The notes under the pieces: model-generated | Told to the model about the DNA's origin: nothing | The model's database searches: none | Seen by the model: the letters and a program-made list of their open reading frames with translations, nothing else | Part shown: in pieces, positions 20,956 through 30,231 of the stretch | Layout of the letters: each line of letters opens with the position of its first letter | How positions within the stretch are numbered: position 1 is the first letter of the stretch | Translations under genes and position numbers: made by a program | DNA from: an uncultured bacterium | GTDB taxonomy: Bacteria; Krumholzibacteriota; Krumholzibacteriia; Krumholzibacteriales; Krumholzibacteriaceae | Assembly: GCA_963813815.1 (NCBI GenBank) | Contig: CAWFAD010000005.1 | Location: 49,932 to 113,931 of the forward strand | DNA length: 64,000 bases | Direction of reading: 5' to 3'

Positions 20956-21921
20956 TCAGAGTTTGCCCGCCTGCTGTCTCTTTCGCAGAGCCGATAGCAT
21001 GTCCGCCGCCATGCGCGGCAGATCGAAATCGGGGCTCCAGTTCCATTCTTCCCGCGCCGATCGGTCGTCCATCCAGTTCGGCCACGAATCAGCGATCGCC
21101 TGGCGCATCTTATCCACCTGATAATCGATGGCGAAGCCGGGGACGTGCTTGCGGATCTCCGCGGCCAGCACCTCGGGGGTGAAATGCATCGCCGTCACGT
21201 TGAACGAATTTCTGTGGCGCAGCTTCGCCGGGTCGGCCTCCATGACCATGATCGCCGCCTTGATGGCGTCGGGCATGTACATCATGTCGAGCGACGTGTC
21301 CGATCTCAAAACGCACGTGTAACGGCCCTTCCGTATGGCCTCGTAGAATATCTCGACGGCGTAATCGGTCGTACCCCCGCCCGGAGGCGTCACGTTCGAG
21401 ATGATGCCGGGAAAGCGGACGCCGCGCGTGTCGACCCCGTGGCGAGTGAAATAGTAGTCGCAGAGAAGCTCCCCCGCCACCTTCGTCACGCCGTACATAC
21501 TCGTCGGCCGCTGGATCGTTTCCTGCGGAGTGTTGTCGAGCGGGGTCGTGGGGCCGAACGCGCCGATCGAGCTCGGGAAAAAGACGCTGCACCGGCTCTT
21601 GCGCGCCGACTCGAGCACGTGAAACAACCCGTCCATGTTGATGCGCCACGCCTTGTGCGGCTCCCCCTCCGCTATCGCCGACAGCACCGCCGCGAGATGG
21701 TACACGATGTCGATGCGGTGCCTCGAGAGCGCCGCCTCGATCTCCTCGGGCTTCATGACGTCGAGCCGCTCGAAAGCGACGTTCGCCCCGAAGACCCTGT
21801 TTTCCTGCACGTCCGTCGCGACGACGTTGTCGTAGCCGTAGCGTTCGCAGAGCGCCGTGGTGAGCTCGGAACCGATCTGTCCGAGGGCGCCGGTGACGAG
21901 AACTCTCCTGGTGGTCTTCAT
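20956..21921 (-). CDS. SDR/epimerase-type L-threonine 3-dehydrogenase
   Basis: [37 protein letters not shown]; adjacent to kbl. Confidence 0.9.
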   Translation of the reverse strand: MKTTRRVLVTGALGQIGSELTTALCERYGYDNVVATDVQENRVFGANVAFERLDVMKPEEIEAALSRHRIDIVYHLAAVLSAIAEGEPHKAWRINMDGLFHVLESARKSRCSVFFPSSIGAFGPTTPLDNTPQETIQRPTSMYGVTKVAGELLCDYYFTRHGVDTRGVRFPGIISNVTPPGGGTTDYAVEIFYEAIRKGRYTCVLRSDTSLDMMYMPDAIKAAIMVMEADPAKLRHRNSFNVTAMHFTPEVLAAEIRKHVPGFAIDYQVDKMRQAIADSWPNWMDDRSAREEWNWSPDFDLPRMAADMLSALRKRQQAGKL

Positions 21922-22060
21922 ACGCTCCCTGCTTCGCGCCGAAGGTTGTGCCCGGAACATGACTCTCCACGGCGTCCCTCCTCCGCGAGGAGGGCCCGAA
22001 CGCGGTGGCCGTACGGTAGCACCGCCCCGGCGCGGCGGTCAAACGAGATTTTCCCGGAGG

Positions 22061-24163
22061 CTAGCGCTTTCCTTTCCTCTCGATGGCGCGGAGCGCCTCG
22101 GCCGTTTCGGCGAGCATCGCCTCCGCCCCCACGCGCGAGCCCACGGCGTTCATCATCCAGAGATCGGGAAGGAGATTGCCATACGTCGCCATCCGCTCGA
22201 ACTCCGGTCCGATCCGCCCCGCCCCCTCGATCTTTCTCTCGATCTGCACGGACATGAGGTGTCCCATCGGATAGTCCGGCAGATAGAGGGAGGATTCGAT
22301 CATGTGCGAGTAGACGGCGAGCAGCATGACGTCCTTCTTCTTGAAGACCGGGGCGTAGTAGCGGTTCCAGACGTCCTTCGCGATGCCGATAACGGCCTCG
22401 CGAAGCTCGGCGGGCGTCGCCTGCGGGTGATCGTACATCCAGTGCCACACCGCCATGTCCACGAGGGAGACGCCGGCGATCTCGTACGCCCCCCAGAAAT
22501 CGTTCAGCATCCGCATCGCCGCGGTCGTCTCGTCGGAGTCGACCGGCAGGTCGAGCAGCTCGAGGTCACGCGCCTGAAAGACGAAGGCGAAGGCCTCGGT
22601 GAACGCCGTGTTCGGCACTCCCTGCAGCATCGTGTGATCGACGTCGTTCAGCGAGAGGACCTGCTCGACGTTGTGGCCGAGCTCGTGAACGGCGATGTTG
22701 AACCCCTTGTAGTCCATCCCGTCCGGGCGCACCCTCGTCCGAAGGCGCGCCACGGCGCCCTTCATCTCGGCGCCCGAGGCGTGCCCCGAGCCTCGGGCCG
22801 GATCGACCGCGATGTGGCGGGCGAGGTACTCGGCCCGATCCCGCTCGAATCCGAGCTTCACGAGGATGTTCGGGATGTCGCGCTCGAAGGCTTCGGGATT
22901 CGGATACTTCGCCGCGACGATCTTGTCGAGCTCCGCCTCGTTCCGGGGGCTCGCCGGCCGAAAGCCGCTGTACCAGATGTCGTACGGCTCGAGCGCGCGT
23001 CCGAGCTTGCGCTCGATGAGGCGGGCGACCTTCGGCACGAGCGGCGACGCGCATACCTGCTCGAACATCTCCCGGACGCGCTCCTCGGGAATCTCGCGCT
23101 CCTCGTCGAACTTGCGCGCGATGTGCGTCGGCGCCGTCGGCGAGTAGGGATCGATGAGACGCGCCGCCGCGAAGGTCGACAGCAGCGTGGCGTAGCGCGT
23201 GTCCGGCTCGCGGTCGTTCGAGGGAGACGCCGCCGGCTCGACGTCGGCGTCCTTCACCGCCGCCGGCGCGACTTCGTTCGTGTACGGGTTCCAGTCGACG
23301 GCGGGGTTATTGATCACGATCTCCGGGATCGTCTGCGTGATGATGCGTTCCATGACCTTCACGATCATGCGTTGCTTCGCGGGACCGTCCGCCGCGTCGC
23401 GGTAGCTCGTCTTGAGCTCGTCGCGGACATTCCAATGCATCAGGAGGCACATCCCGGGCGGAAAAAGGCGCTTCCCCGAATCATCGAGCAGATGGTGCAT
23501 CCAGATGTTGTAGCTCGCGATGTACGCCTCCGCGTCGGCGGTGATCTTGGCGACCTCGAGGCTCACGCGCGACGGCACGCGCGCCGAGAAACGCTCGGCG
23601 AGGCGGGCCTCCGCCCATTCCCTCCTGCTCCAGCTGTTCCCCCGCTCGAGCCGCTCCTCGAGCGTCGTAAGCGGAAAATTGAGCAGCGCAACGAAAGCGA
23701 TCTTGTTCGCGAAAAAATCGTCGTTGACGTGCGCCTCCGGTTCGTATCCGGCGAACGTCTCGTCGATGGGAAGTATCGGGCCGAGATCGAGCTCGGCCTG
23801 CCACTTGAGCGCCGTCCTGATCTCGTGCATGTGGCCATCGAGCTTGTCGAGGACGCGCTCGAAGCGATTAAAAACCACGTCGCGCGTCGCCTCGTCCCCC
23901 GCGAAGCTCTCGCGCACGAACGCCTCGAACGAGGCCTCGTCCCCATCCTCCGCGCGCCAGAACGAGGCGACCTGCTCCATGCCGCGGCGCGCGCCCTCGC
24001 GCGCAACCTCGCCGTATTTGGCGACGAGCTCGGGTTCGAGCTTCGCGATCGACCCGTTCATCCACAACGGCCGCTCCGCCTGCCCCCGCGCCGGCGTAAT
24101 GCCGGACGAGCAGAAGGCGACCAGTGCGACGGCCAGACAGGCGAAAAGCTTCATCTCGTTCAT
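22061..24163 (-). CDS. Exported gluzincin-like metallopeptidase (M2/M3-like motif arrangement)
   Basis: Signal peptide; HELGHNVEQ followed by NTAFTEAFAF; late YSH..YLPDY. Confidence 0.65.
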   Translation of the reverse strand: MNEMKLFACLAVALVAFCSSGITPARGQAERPLWMNGSIAKLEPELVAKYGEVAREGARRGMEQVASFWRAEDGDEASFEAFVRESFAGDEATRDVVFNRFERVLDKLDGHMHEIRTALKWQAELDLGPILPIDETFAGYEPEAHVNDDFFANKIAFVALLNFPLTTLEERLERGNSWSRREWAEARLAERFSARVPSRVSLEVAKITADAEAYIASYNIWMHHLLDDSGKRLFPPGMCLLMHWNVRDELKTSYRDAADGPAKQRMIVKVMERIITQTIPEIVINNPAVDWNPYTNEVAPAAVKDADVEPAASPSNDREPDTRYATLLSTFAAARLIDPYSPTAPTHIARKFDEEREIPEERVREMFEQVCASPLVPKVARLIERKLGRALEPYDIWYSGFRPASPRNEAELDKIVAAKYPNPEAFERDIPNILVKLGFERDRAEYLARHIAVDPARGSGHASGAEMKGAVARLRTRVRPDGMDYKGFNIAVHELGHNVEQVLSLNDVDHTMLQGVPNTAFTEAFAFVFQARDLELLDLPVDSDETTAAMRMLNDFWGAYEIAGVSLVDMAVWHWMYDHPQATPAELREAVIGIAKDVWNRYYAPVFKKKDVMLLAVYSHMIESSLYLPDYPMGHLMSVQIERKIEGAGRIGPEFERMATYGNLLPDLWMMNAVGSRVGAEAMLAETAEALRAIERKGKR

Positions 24164-24409
24164 CAGCAGCTCCTTTTTGAACCATTTCTCGAAGGCGGAT
24201 GGCCACTGGACTATTTCTGTTACAAATAAATACGTTAGCCGGCTGAGTCAATCAGAAAATCATTCTTTGCTTCCGGGCCGGGCGCCCGGTTTCGCTTTTG
24301 GGGCCTCTTGAACTGAACGATAATTATTGTAATTTGGAACCATTTAGAATATAATAATCTTTACTAAATACAAGCTTACTTTGAGAATCCCCTTTAAAGG
24401 AGAGGAACT

Positions 24410-24970
24410 ATGAAAACATTGCGGACATCGGCGCTCATTGCCTCCATATGCGCTCTTTTGGCGCTCCCGGCTGTCGTGCACGCGATCGGTAACGGAACCG
24501 CCCGGCTTGCCAATGTGACGCCGCTCTCCGGAGGCTGCGTCATGGGCCCGACGGGCCAGTACGTTCAGGCGTGGGACGTGGAACCGGGCCAGGCCTACGC
24601 CGTCACGCTCTCCAACGTGACGGAATGCGCGAACGGCGGCACCGCTCCGACGCTCAACGTCAGGGTGAACGGCACGACGGGCAACATGGATTTCGTCGCC
24701 GTCTACGTTTCGCCGGGCGTGTACACGTTCGACTGCACGTTGCCGGGAAACGCCGCCTGCACGTATCCGATTCTCTACTGCACGGTGCCTGGCAAGGCCA
24801 GCACCGGGCTCTTCGCCATCAGGAACGACGGCGGGAGCTTCCAGGCGCACTTGCGCCCCTCTTCGTTCGACGAGGGATGCGCCAGCCCGATGCCGATCCT
24901 CGGCCCCGATTGCACAATGGTCGGAACCGAAGAATCGACGTGGAGCGCGATAAAGGAGATCTTCCGCTAG
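24410..24970 (+). CDS. Secreted Cys-containing hypothetical protein with C-terminal TWxxIK tail
   Basis: GGAGAGG RBS, signal peptide, six Cys in mature part, ends GTEESTWSAIKEIFR. Confidence 0.8.
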   Translation: MKTLRTSALIASICALLALPAVVHAIGNGTARLANVTPLSGGCVMGPTGQYVQAWDVEPGQAYAVTLSNVTECANGGTAPTLNVRVNGTTGNMDFVAVYVSPGVYTFDCTLPGNAACTYPILYCTVPGKASTGLFAIRNDGGSFQAHLRPSSFDEGCASPMPILGPDCTMVGTEESTWSAIKEIFR

Positions 24971-25035
24971 GACAAGCGATCGATTCGCCCTATCGCGGGC
25001 TGCGGAGAATCGGCCTCCCCGCCAAGCAACTCGAC

Positions 25036-25386
25036 TCAGCGGTTGGTCAGATAGGGGACTCCGTGCGCCAGCGCCCATAGCGCGACGGAGGCCGCCAACA
25101 ATTTGATCACATACGCGCGCCAGTGCTTGAGGGTGGCCGGTTCACAATTCGAGGTGAGCCCGTTCAGCCGAGTAATATCGAGGTAACGAACCAAGATAAG
25201 CCCCGCGACGATCGCCCAAAAAACGACATCGATATAAGAGAACGCCTTTCTCTGAAAGATGAACGCCGCAAGCATGAGCATCGCCATGGTGCCCGCTATG
25301 AGCCAAAGAATGCGCACGATGAGACCGAGGCAACCCATTGGCGCGGGCTCTGGCACAATTTGCTGGGATTGATCCTGATTCGACAC
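25036..25386 (-). CDS. Small 3-TM hypothetical membrane protein
   Basis: GGAGG RBS before GTG at 25386; three hydrophobic segments; visibly lower GC than flanks. Confidence 0.65.
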   Translation of the reverse strand: MSNQDQSQQIVPEPAPMGCLGLIVRILWLIAGTMAMLMLAAFIFQRKAFSYIDVVFWAIVAGLILVRYLDITRLNGLTSNCEPATLKHWRAYVIKLLAASVALWALAHGVPYLTNR

Positions 25387-25607
25387 GGCCACCTCCCAAG
25401 AGACGTCCGTTTCCGAACGCCGCCGTGAAACGCATCGCAACAAAGCGTTCCATAGCTCTCTGGGATGGCGGCCCGACCATCCGTGTGTCCTGCGGTGGCC
25501 CGAGACTGACCACTACACCCTTGCGACGCGGGCAGCAACGCTCCCGCCGCACTCAACATAGCAGGAATCGGCTCAACATCCAACAGTCTTTTCGAATATC
25601 AAAGAAT

Positions 25608-25684
25608 TGGCGTCCCCAACGGGATTTGAACCCGTGTTGCCGCCGTGAAAGGGCGGTGTCCTATCCGGGCTAGACGATGGGGAC
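25608..25684 (-). tRNA. tRNA-Glu (TTC)
   Basis: GTCCCCA acceptor stem, anticodon arm CCGCC-CTTTCAC-GGCGG, GGTTCAAATCC T-arm, encoded CCA. Confidence 0.97.
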
Positions 25685-25726
25685 GCTCATAGAGACACAG
25701 CAATTTATCGAACAAAACCCCGCTCG

Positions 25727-26383
25727 TCAACGGGAAAAGGCGCTCCGGCGCCCTGGAAAGCGCCGAATGACCCCGACGACGGCGCCGATGACGGCCGCGC
25801 GGTCGCCCCTCTCCCCCGAGAGCTCGATCGGCTCGTAGGCGGGATTCGCGGGCTCGAGAACGACGCGGGTCCCCTTCCGCGCGAAGCGTTTGACGGTCGT
25901 TTCGCCGTCGACGATCGCGACGACGAGGCTCCCCGGCTCGCATGAGGAGGTCTTCCGCACGACCACGAGATCGCCGGGAACGATGTGCTCGCCGGTCATG
26001 CTCTCCCCCTTCACCTCGAGGATGAAATCCCCCCGACCCGCGAAGAGCCGCTCGTCGAGAAGCAGGGAGCCCTCTCCTTCCTCGCAGGGAGCCTCGGGCT
26101 TCCCCGCCGCCACGCGTCCCGCGAGAGGATAGGCCCTCACGGAGGCTCCCCCGCTCCCGGCCGGCGCGTCCTCGCACACGATCTCGATTGCGCGTGAGAT
26201 CCCGCGCGTCCTCCTGATGCACCCCTTCCGCTCGAGGGCCCGAAGGTGATCGACCACTCCCCGATTCGAGCGCAGACCGAAAGCCGTTCGAATCTCCCGT
26301 ATCGTCGGCGGATAGCCGTGGCGCCGCGCGTATTCCCGCAGGAACGAAAGCACGCGCTGTTGCCGCGCCGTGAGCCCGGTCAT
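25727..26383 (-). CDS. lexA: SOS repressor LexA
   Basis: LTARQQRVL..GYPPTIREI wHTH, GRVAAG cleavage site, VKGESM (Ser) and TVKRF (Lys) dyad. Confidence 0.95.
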   Translation of the reverse strand: MTGLTARQQRVLSFLREYARRHGYPPTIREIRTAFGLRSNRGVVDHLRALERKGCIRRTRGISRAIEIVCEDAPAGSGGASVRAYPLAGRVAAGKPEAPCEEGEGSLLLDERLFAGRGDFILEVKGESMTGEHIVPGDLVVVRKTSSCEPGSLVVAIVDGETTVKRFARKGTRVVLEPANPAYEPIELSGERGDRAAVIGAVVGVIRRFPGRRSAFSR

Positions 26384-29208
26384 CGCTTTCCCGTCTCCTT
26401 TCCCGGCCGCCCGCCGGTCGATCCCCCCGGATCGTCCGTCCCGGCGTCGAAGAGCGATATCTGACGCTCCGATGCGCGGCGCCTTTCCCTGCGCGCGCTC
26501 GTCCGGGCCGCCGGCGGCGCCACGCCCGGCTCGACGGCGCCATGGTAGAACTCGCCGCACAGAGTCCTCAGCCGATCCCGCCCGAAACCGCTGTCGTCGA
26601 AGATGCCGTTCTCGACGAGCTCGAGCGCCGAGCGCTCGGACACGCGCCCTTTCATCCGCTCGAGAAAGTCGCCGAGCGAAGCGAAATCGCCCTTCCAAAT
26701 CCGCTCCTCTACGATCGCCTCCCACTCTCCCTTGTCGAGCGCGACGACGGTCTGGAGCGGAGCGCGGATGACGCCGTCCTCGTAGGAGAACGACATCGCG
26801 TCGGCGTTGATCCCGAAAGGCACGACCGCCGTGCCCTTCGATCGAACGTACTTGAGGTATCGCTGCATCCGCTCCTTCACGTCCACGTTGCTGTTGAGGA
26901 GCGCGGTGAAATACCTCTCGAAGGCATGGGCCTTGAGGTACGCCGTCCGGTAGCTCACCGAGGCCTGCGCGCAGCTGAGGGCCTTGCTGTGCGTGAAGGG
27001 GATCGCATAAAGCAGAAAGTCGAAGATGCGCTCGGCGTCCTCCTCGTTCGTGCCCGCGTCCATCGCGCTCCGTATGTAGGCGAGCCGGGCCGCCTGGAGC
27101 TCGCCGGAGTCGCGATCCCGCAGCGCCCGCTCGACGGCGACGGCCTCCGCGCCGCGCAGCCCCGCCGTCTCTTCGAGAATCTCGCGCACCTGCTCCCGGT
27201 AGAGAAGGACGCCGCGCGTAAGCGCGAGGATCCCCGCCAGCGACGGATGCGGAAGATTCACCTTGCCCTTTTTCTCCGCGTTATCGCGGTACTTTTCCCA
27301 CAGCCTGCCCTCCATGGGCCCCGGCCGGTAGAGCGAAATGACGTTGACGAGCTCGTTGAAAGAGGACGGCTTGATATCCCTCAGGTGATCCTGAATGCCC
27401 CGGCTCTCGAGCAGGTAGACCCCTTCCGTTTCGCCCGTCGAAAGGAGGGCGTACACGTGAGGATCGTCGAGGGAGGGCGGCATCCAACGCCCCACTTCCC
27501 CGGCGCCGGCCACGGCGAGCTCCTCTCCCGGCTGCGAGCGGGAGAGCTCGATCGTCTCGACGATCGCCGAGAGAAAATGCGAATGTTGAATGCCGAGAAG
27601 CCAGCCGCCACACGATTCGATCGCGGCCGCGCCGAGCTCGATGAACCGGTCGCCCGCCGGACCAGCGACGAATGACGCGAACCCCTCCATCTCGCGGGGC
27701 AGGATCACGATCCGGGAGCTGTCGAGGGTGGAATGAAAGAGCCTCCCCTGCAGCGCGAAAGCCGCATGCAGCACCTCTCTCGCGAGCGGCTCGGCGGTAT
27801 AGAGCCGCTGGGCGTCGGGAGAGGCCGCGAGAAGCGAGGCGAGGCTTCGGTGCCTGCGATCGAACGCGCGGACCGAGGCGAGCTCGTTGCGGAGGTCGAC
27901 GGGGACCTTGAGAACCTCCGCGGTCTCCTTCACGATCGTCGCGAGCGACATCTCCTCCCGCTTGGCCTGGTACGTCGGCGCGTAACCCGGCAGGAGCGAG
28001 GCGACGAGCCCGACGAGCTCCTCCTTTTTCGCTTCCGAAGTGATCAGCTCCACGGGGGGCGGCACGCCGCGTCCCGAGAGGGAAAACGACTCGAAAAAAA
28101 GATCGTGATCGGCCGGATTGAGCGGTATGACCTCGATGCAGTGCGCGACGAGGCTCTCGAGGAGCGGACTCCCCATGAGCTCGATCCGGATGCCCCGCTC
28201 CGCGGCGAGGGAGGAAAGCCCGCGCAGAAAGATCAGAAATCCCGCGATCCCCTCATCCCCCGCGCTCCGGAGCTCGCGCTCCATGAGCCGGGCGAGATGG
28301 GCCCGCTCGTCGTGAGGCCGATTGTGAAACGCGAGCTTGAAGCGGCGGCGGCACCGGTCGGCGAGCGCCTCGGACGCATTGGGAACGCTCGAAAAGGCGA
28401 TCCGCCCACCGCGAGGCAGATCGACGGCGCAGCGGGCGGCGATCTCCCCCGATCGCTCGAAGACCTCCGCGCCGCCCATGAAGAGCGGGGCGAGCTCGCG
28501 TTCCCGTTTCAGGTGGTACTCTTCCGTTTGCGGCTCCTTCCCCTCCTCCTTTTCCCCCTTCGTGCCGATGCGCCTCGCGATGCGGTAATGCTCCGCGTCC
28601 TCCTTGAGCGCGTACCGGTCGTTGTTCGTCACGACGGCGTCGACGTGCGCCTTGCCGGCGATGACGACGAGCTGCTCGGCAACGAGCGGCTCCTGGCCCG
28701 CGTTATGGTTCATGAGCTCGACGAAAACGTTCTCCCGTCCGCAGATCTCCGAGAGCCTCACGATGACGTCGCGCGCGCGGCCGAGCGTCCCGTGCAGCAC
28801 CGCCTGCGCCGCCTCTCCGCGAATGCACCCGCTCAGCACGATGAGACCCTCGCGATGCGCCGCGAGATCGTCCGCCGTGACGAACCCCCCCCGATCGCGC
28901 GTGGCGTGGAGCGACACGAGCGAACACAGATTGCGGTAGCCGATGTTGCTCTCCGCGAGCACGGTCAGGTGGTAGAGCCCGAGCGCCCCCGTCAGGGACG
29001 CGTGCCGGAGCTCCGCGCCGAACACCGGCTTGATCCCGGCCCGCCTCGCGAGCTCGTCGAACTCATAATGTCCGTGGGTGGAGCAGTGGTCGGTGACGGC
29101 GATGGCGCCGAATCCGAGGTAAGATGCGCGCGAGACCATATCGGAGAGCGTGAGCAGACTCTCCGAATCGCTGTACACGCTGTGAACATGGAGCGGAACG
29201 TACGCCAC
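26380..29208 (-). CDS. DnaE (Pol III alpha) paralogue, predicted polymerase-inactive and C-terminally short
   Basis: PHP domain LHVHS/AVTDH/YHLTVLA/LSGC; LYRPGPM, YLKAH; palm PDxDxD replaced by PPVEL; QISLF near the end; GGAGG RBS before GTG at 29208; stop overlaps lexA start (ATGA). Confidence 0.9.
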   Translation of the reverse strand: MAYVPLHVHSVYSDSESLLTLSDMVSRASYLGFGAIAVTDHCSTHGHYEFDELARRAGIKPVFGAELRHASLTGALGLYHLTVLAESNIGYRNLCSLVSLHATRDRGGFVTADDLAAHREGLIVLSGCIRGEAAQAVLHGTLGRARDVIVRLSEICGRENVFVELMNHNAGQEPLVAEQLVVIAGKAHVDAVVTNNDRYALKEDAEHYRIARRIGTKGEKEEGKEPQTEEYHLKRERELAPLFMGGAEVFERSGEIAARCAVDLPRGGRIAFSSVPNASEALADRCRRRFKLAFHNRPHDERAHLARLMERELRSAGDEGIAGFLIFLRGLSSLAAERGIRIELMGSPLLESLVAHCIEVIPLNPADHDLFFESFSLSGRGVPPPVELITSEAKKEELVGLVASLLPGYAPTYQAKREEMSLATIVKETAEVLKVPVDLRNELASVRAFDRRHRSLASLLAASPDAQRLYTAEPLAREVLHAAFALQGRLFHSTLDSSRIVILPREMEGFASFVAGPAGDRFIELGAAAIESCGGWLLGIQHSHFLSAIVETIELSRSQPGEELAVAGAGEVGRWMPPSLDDPHVYALLSTGETEGVYLLESRGIQDHLRDIKPSSFNELVNVISLYRPGPMEGRLWEKYRDNAEKKGKVNLPHPSLAGILALTRGVLLYREQVREILEETAGLRGAEAVAVERALRDRDSGELQAARLAYIRSAMDAGTNEEDAERIFDFLLYAIPFTHSKALSCAQASVSYRTAYLKAHAFERYFTALLNSNVDVKERMQRYLKYVRSKGTAVVPFGINADAMSFSYEDGVIRAPLQTVVALDKGEWEAIVEERIWKGDFASLGDFLERMKGRVSERSALELVENGIFDDSGFGRDRLRTLCGEFYHGAVEPGVAPPAARTSARRERRRASERQISLFDAGTDDPGGSTGGRPGKETGKR

Positions 29209-29237
29209 CGTAAAACCTCCCGCTGGAGCGCGCGGCC

Positions 29238-29266
29238 ATACTACTAAACATTTGTACACATTGCAA
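29238..29266 (-). promoter_or_regulatory. Sigma70 promoter of the dnaE-like/lexA operon with candidate LexA operator in the spacer
   Basis: Minus strand TTGCAA-N17-TAGTAT; imperfect palindrome TGTAC-AAAT-GTTTA at 29245-29258. Confidence 0.7.
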
Positions 29267-29414
29267 TCGAATCCCGGCCGCCCGGCGCGCGGTCCGCGCC
29301 CTCCGGATGAAACCATTACTCTTTGAATCCGCGGGGGCGATGGGCTACACTCCGGCCCATCGCGCTCCGTTGAACCGGACAGGGAAACCGCCGAGAGAGG
29401 GAGGCTCGCCGCTC

Positions 29415-30209
29415 ATGCGAACGTTGCAATCGAAGCTGTACGAAATGCTCGAGCTCTCCACCGGCTCGCGGGCCGGACGGCTCGCGAACGCGATGCTCGT
29501 CGTGCTCATCATCGCCAACGTCGTCGCCGTGACCCTGCACACGGTGCACCCGTACGCGGCGCGGTACGCGCGGGAATTTCGCCTCTTCGAGCTCGTTTCC
29601 GTGATCGTTTTTTCGATCGAATACATCCTCCGGATGTGGGTCTGCACGCGGGACAAGAAATACGGAAAACCCCTCACCGGCCGGATCAAGTACTTCTTCT
29701 CCCCCCTCGCGCTCATCGATCTCGCGGCCGTGCTCCCCTTCTACCTGCCGATGCTCATACCCATCGATCTCATCTTCATGCGCGCGCTCCGCATCATGCG
29801 CCTCCTGCGCCTGCTCAAGCTCGGGCGCTACTCGGAATCGATCCGCACGATGGGCGCGGTGATGAACGCAAAAAGGGAGGAGCTCGGGGTGGCGCTCGCG
29901 ATGTCTCTCATACTCCTCCTCATCGCCTCGACCCTCATGTACTTCATCGAAGGAGGGGCGCAACCGGACGTCTTTTCGAGCATTCCGGCGGCCATGTGGT
30001 GGGGTGTCGTCACCATGACGACCGTGGGTTACGGAGACGCTTTTCCCATCACTCCGGCTGGGAAGATTCTGAGCGGGATCATCGCCGTTCTCGGCATCGG
30101 ACTCTTCATTCTCCCGGCGAGCATCATCGCCGGGGGATACGGCGAGCAGATTCGCGAGAGGCGCGGCGCCCAGCGCGCGTGTCCCCACTGCGGAAAGCCG
30201 CTCCCCTGA
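29415..30209 (+). CDS. Voltage-gated-type potassium channel / ion transporter
   Basis: S4-like RALRIMRLLRLLKLGRY, pore AMWWGVVTMTTVGYGD, C-terminal CPHCG. Confidence 0.93.
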   Translation: MRTLQSKLYEMLELSTGSRAGRLANAMLVVLIIANVVAVTLHTVHPYAARYAREFRLFELVSVIVFSIEYILRMWVCTRDKKYGKPLTGRIKYFFSPLALIDLAAVLPFYLPMLIPIDLIFMRALRIMRLLRLLKLGRYSESIRTMGAVMNAKREELGVALAMSLILLLIASTLMYFIEGGAQPDVFSSIPAAMWWGVVTMTTVGYGDAFPITPAGKILSGIIAVLGIGLFILPASIIAGGYGEQIRERRGAQRACPHCGKPLP

Positions 30210-30231
30210 CGAGCGAAGATGAAGAGCTCCG

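Noticed and set aside
25386..25607. Possible integron attC site or structured ncRNA downstream of tRNA-Glu
   Set aside because: CAACAAAGCGTTCCA loosely resembles an attC start, but I found no matching GTTRRRY end or extended dyad, and there is no integrase.
26380..29208. Calling this gene the replicative dnaE or a standard dnaE2/imuC
   Set aside because: Catalytic Asp motifs are missing, the C-terminal domains are absent and there is no adjacent imuA/imuB.
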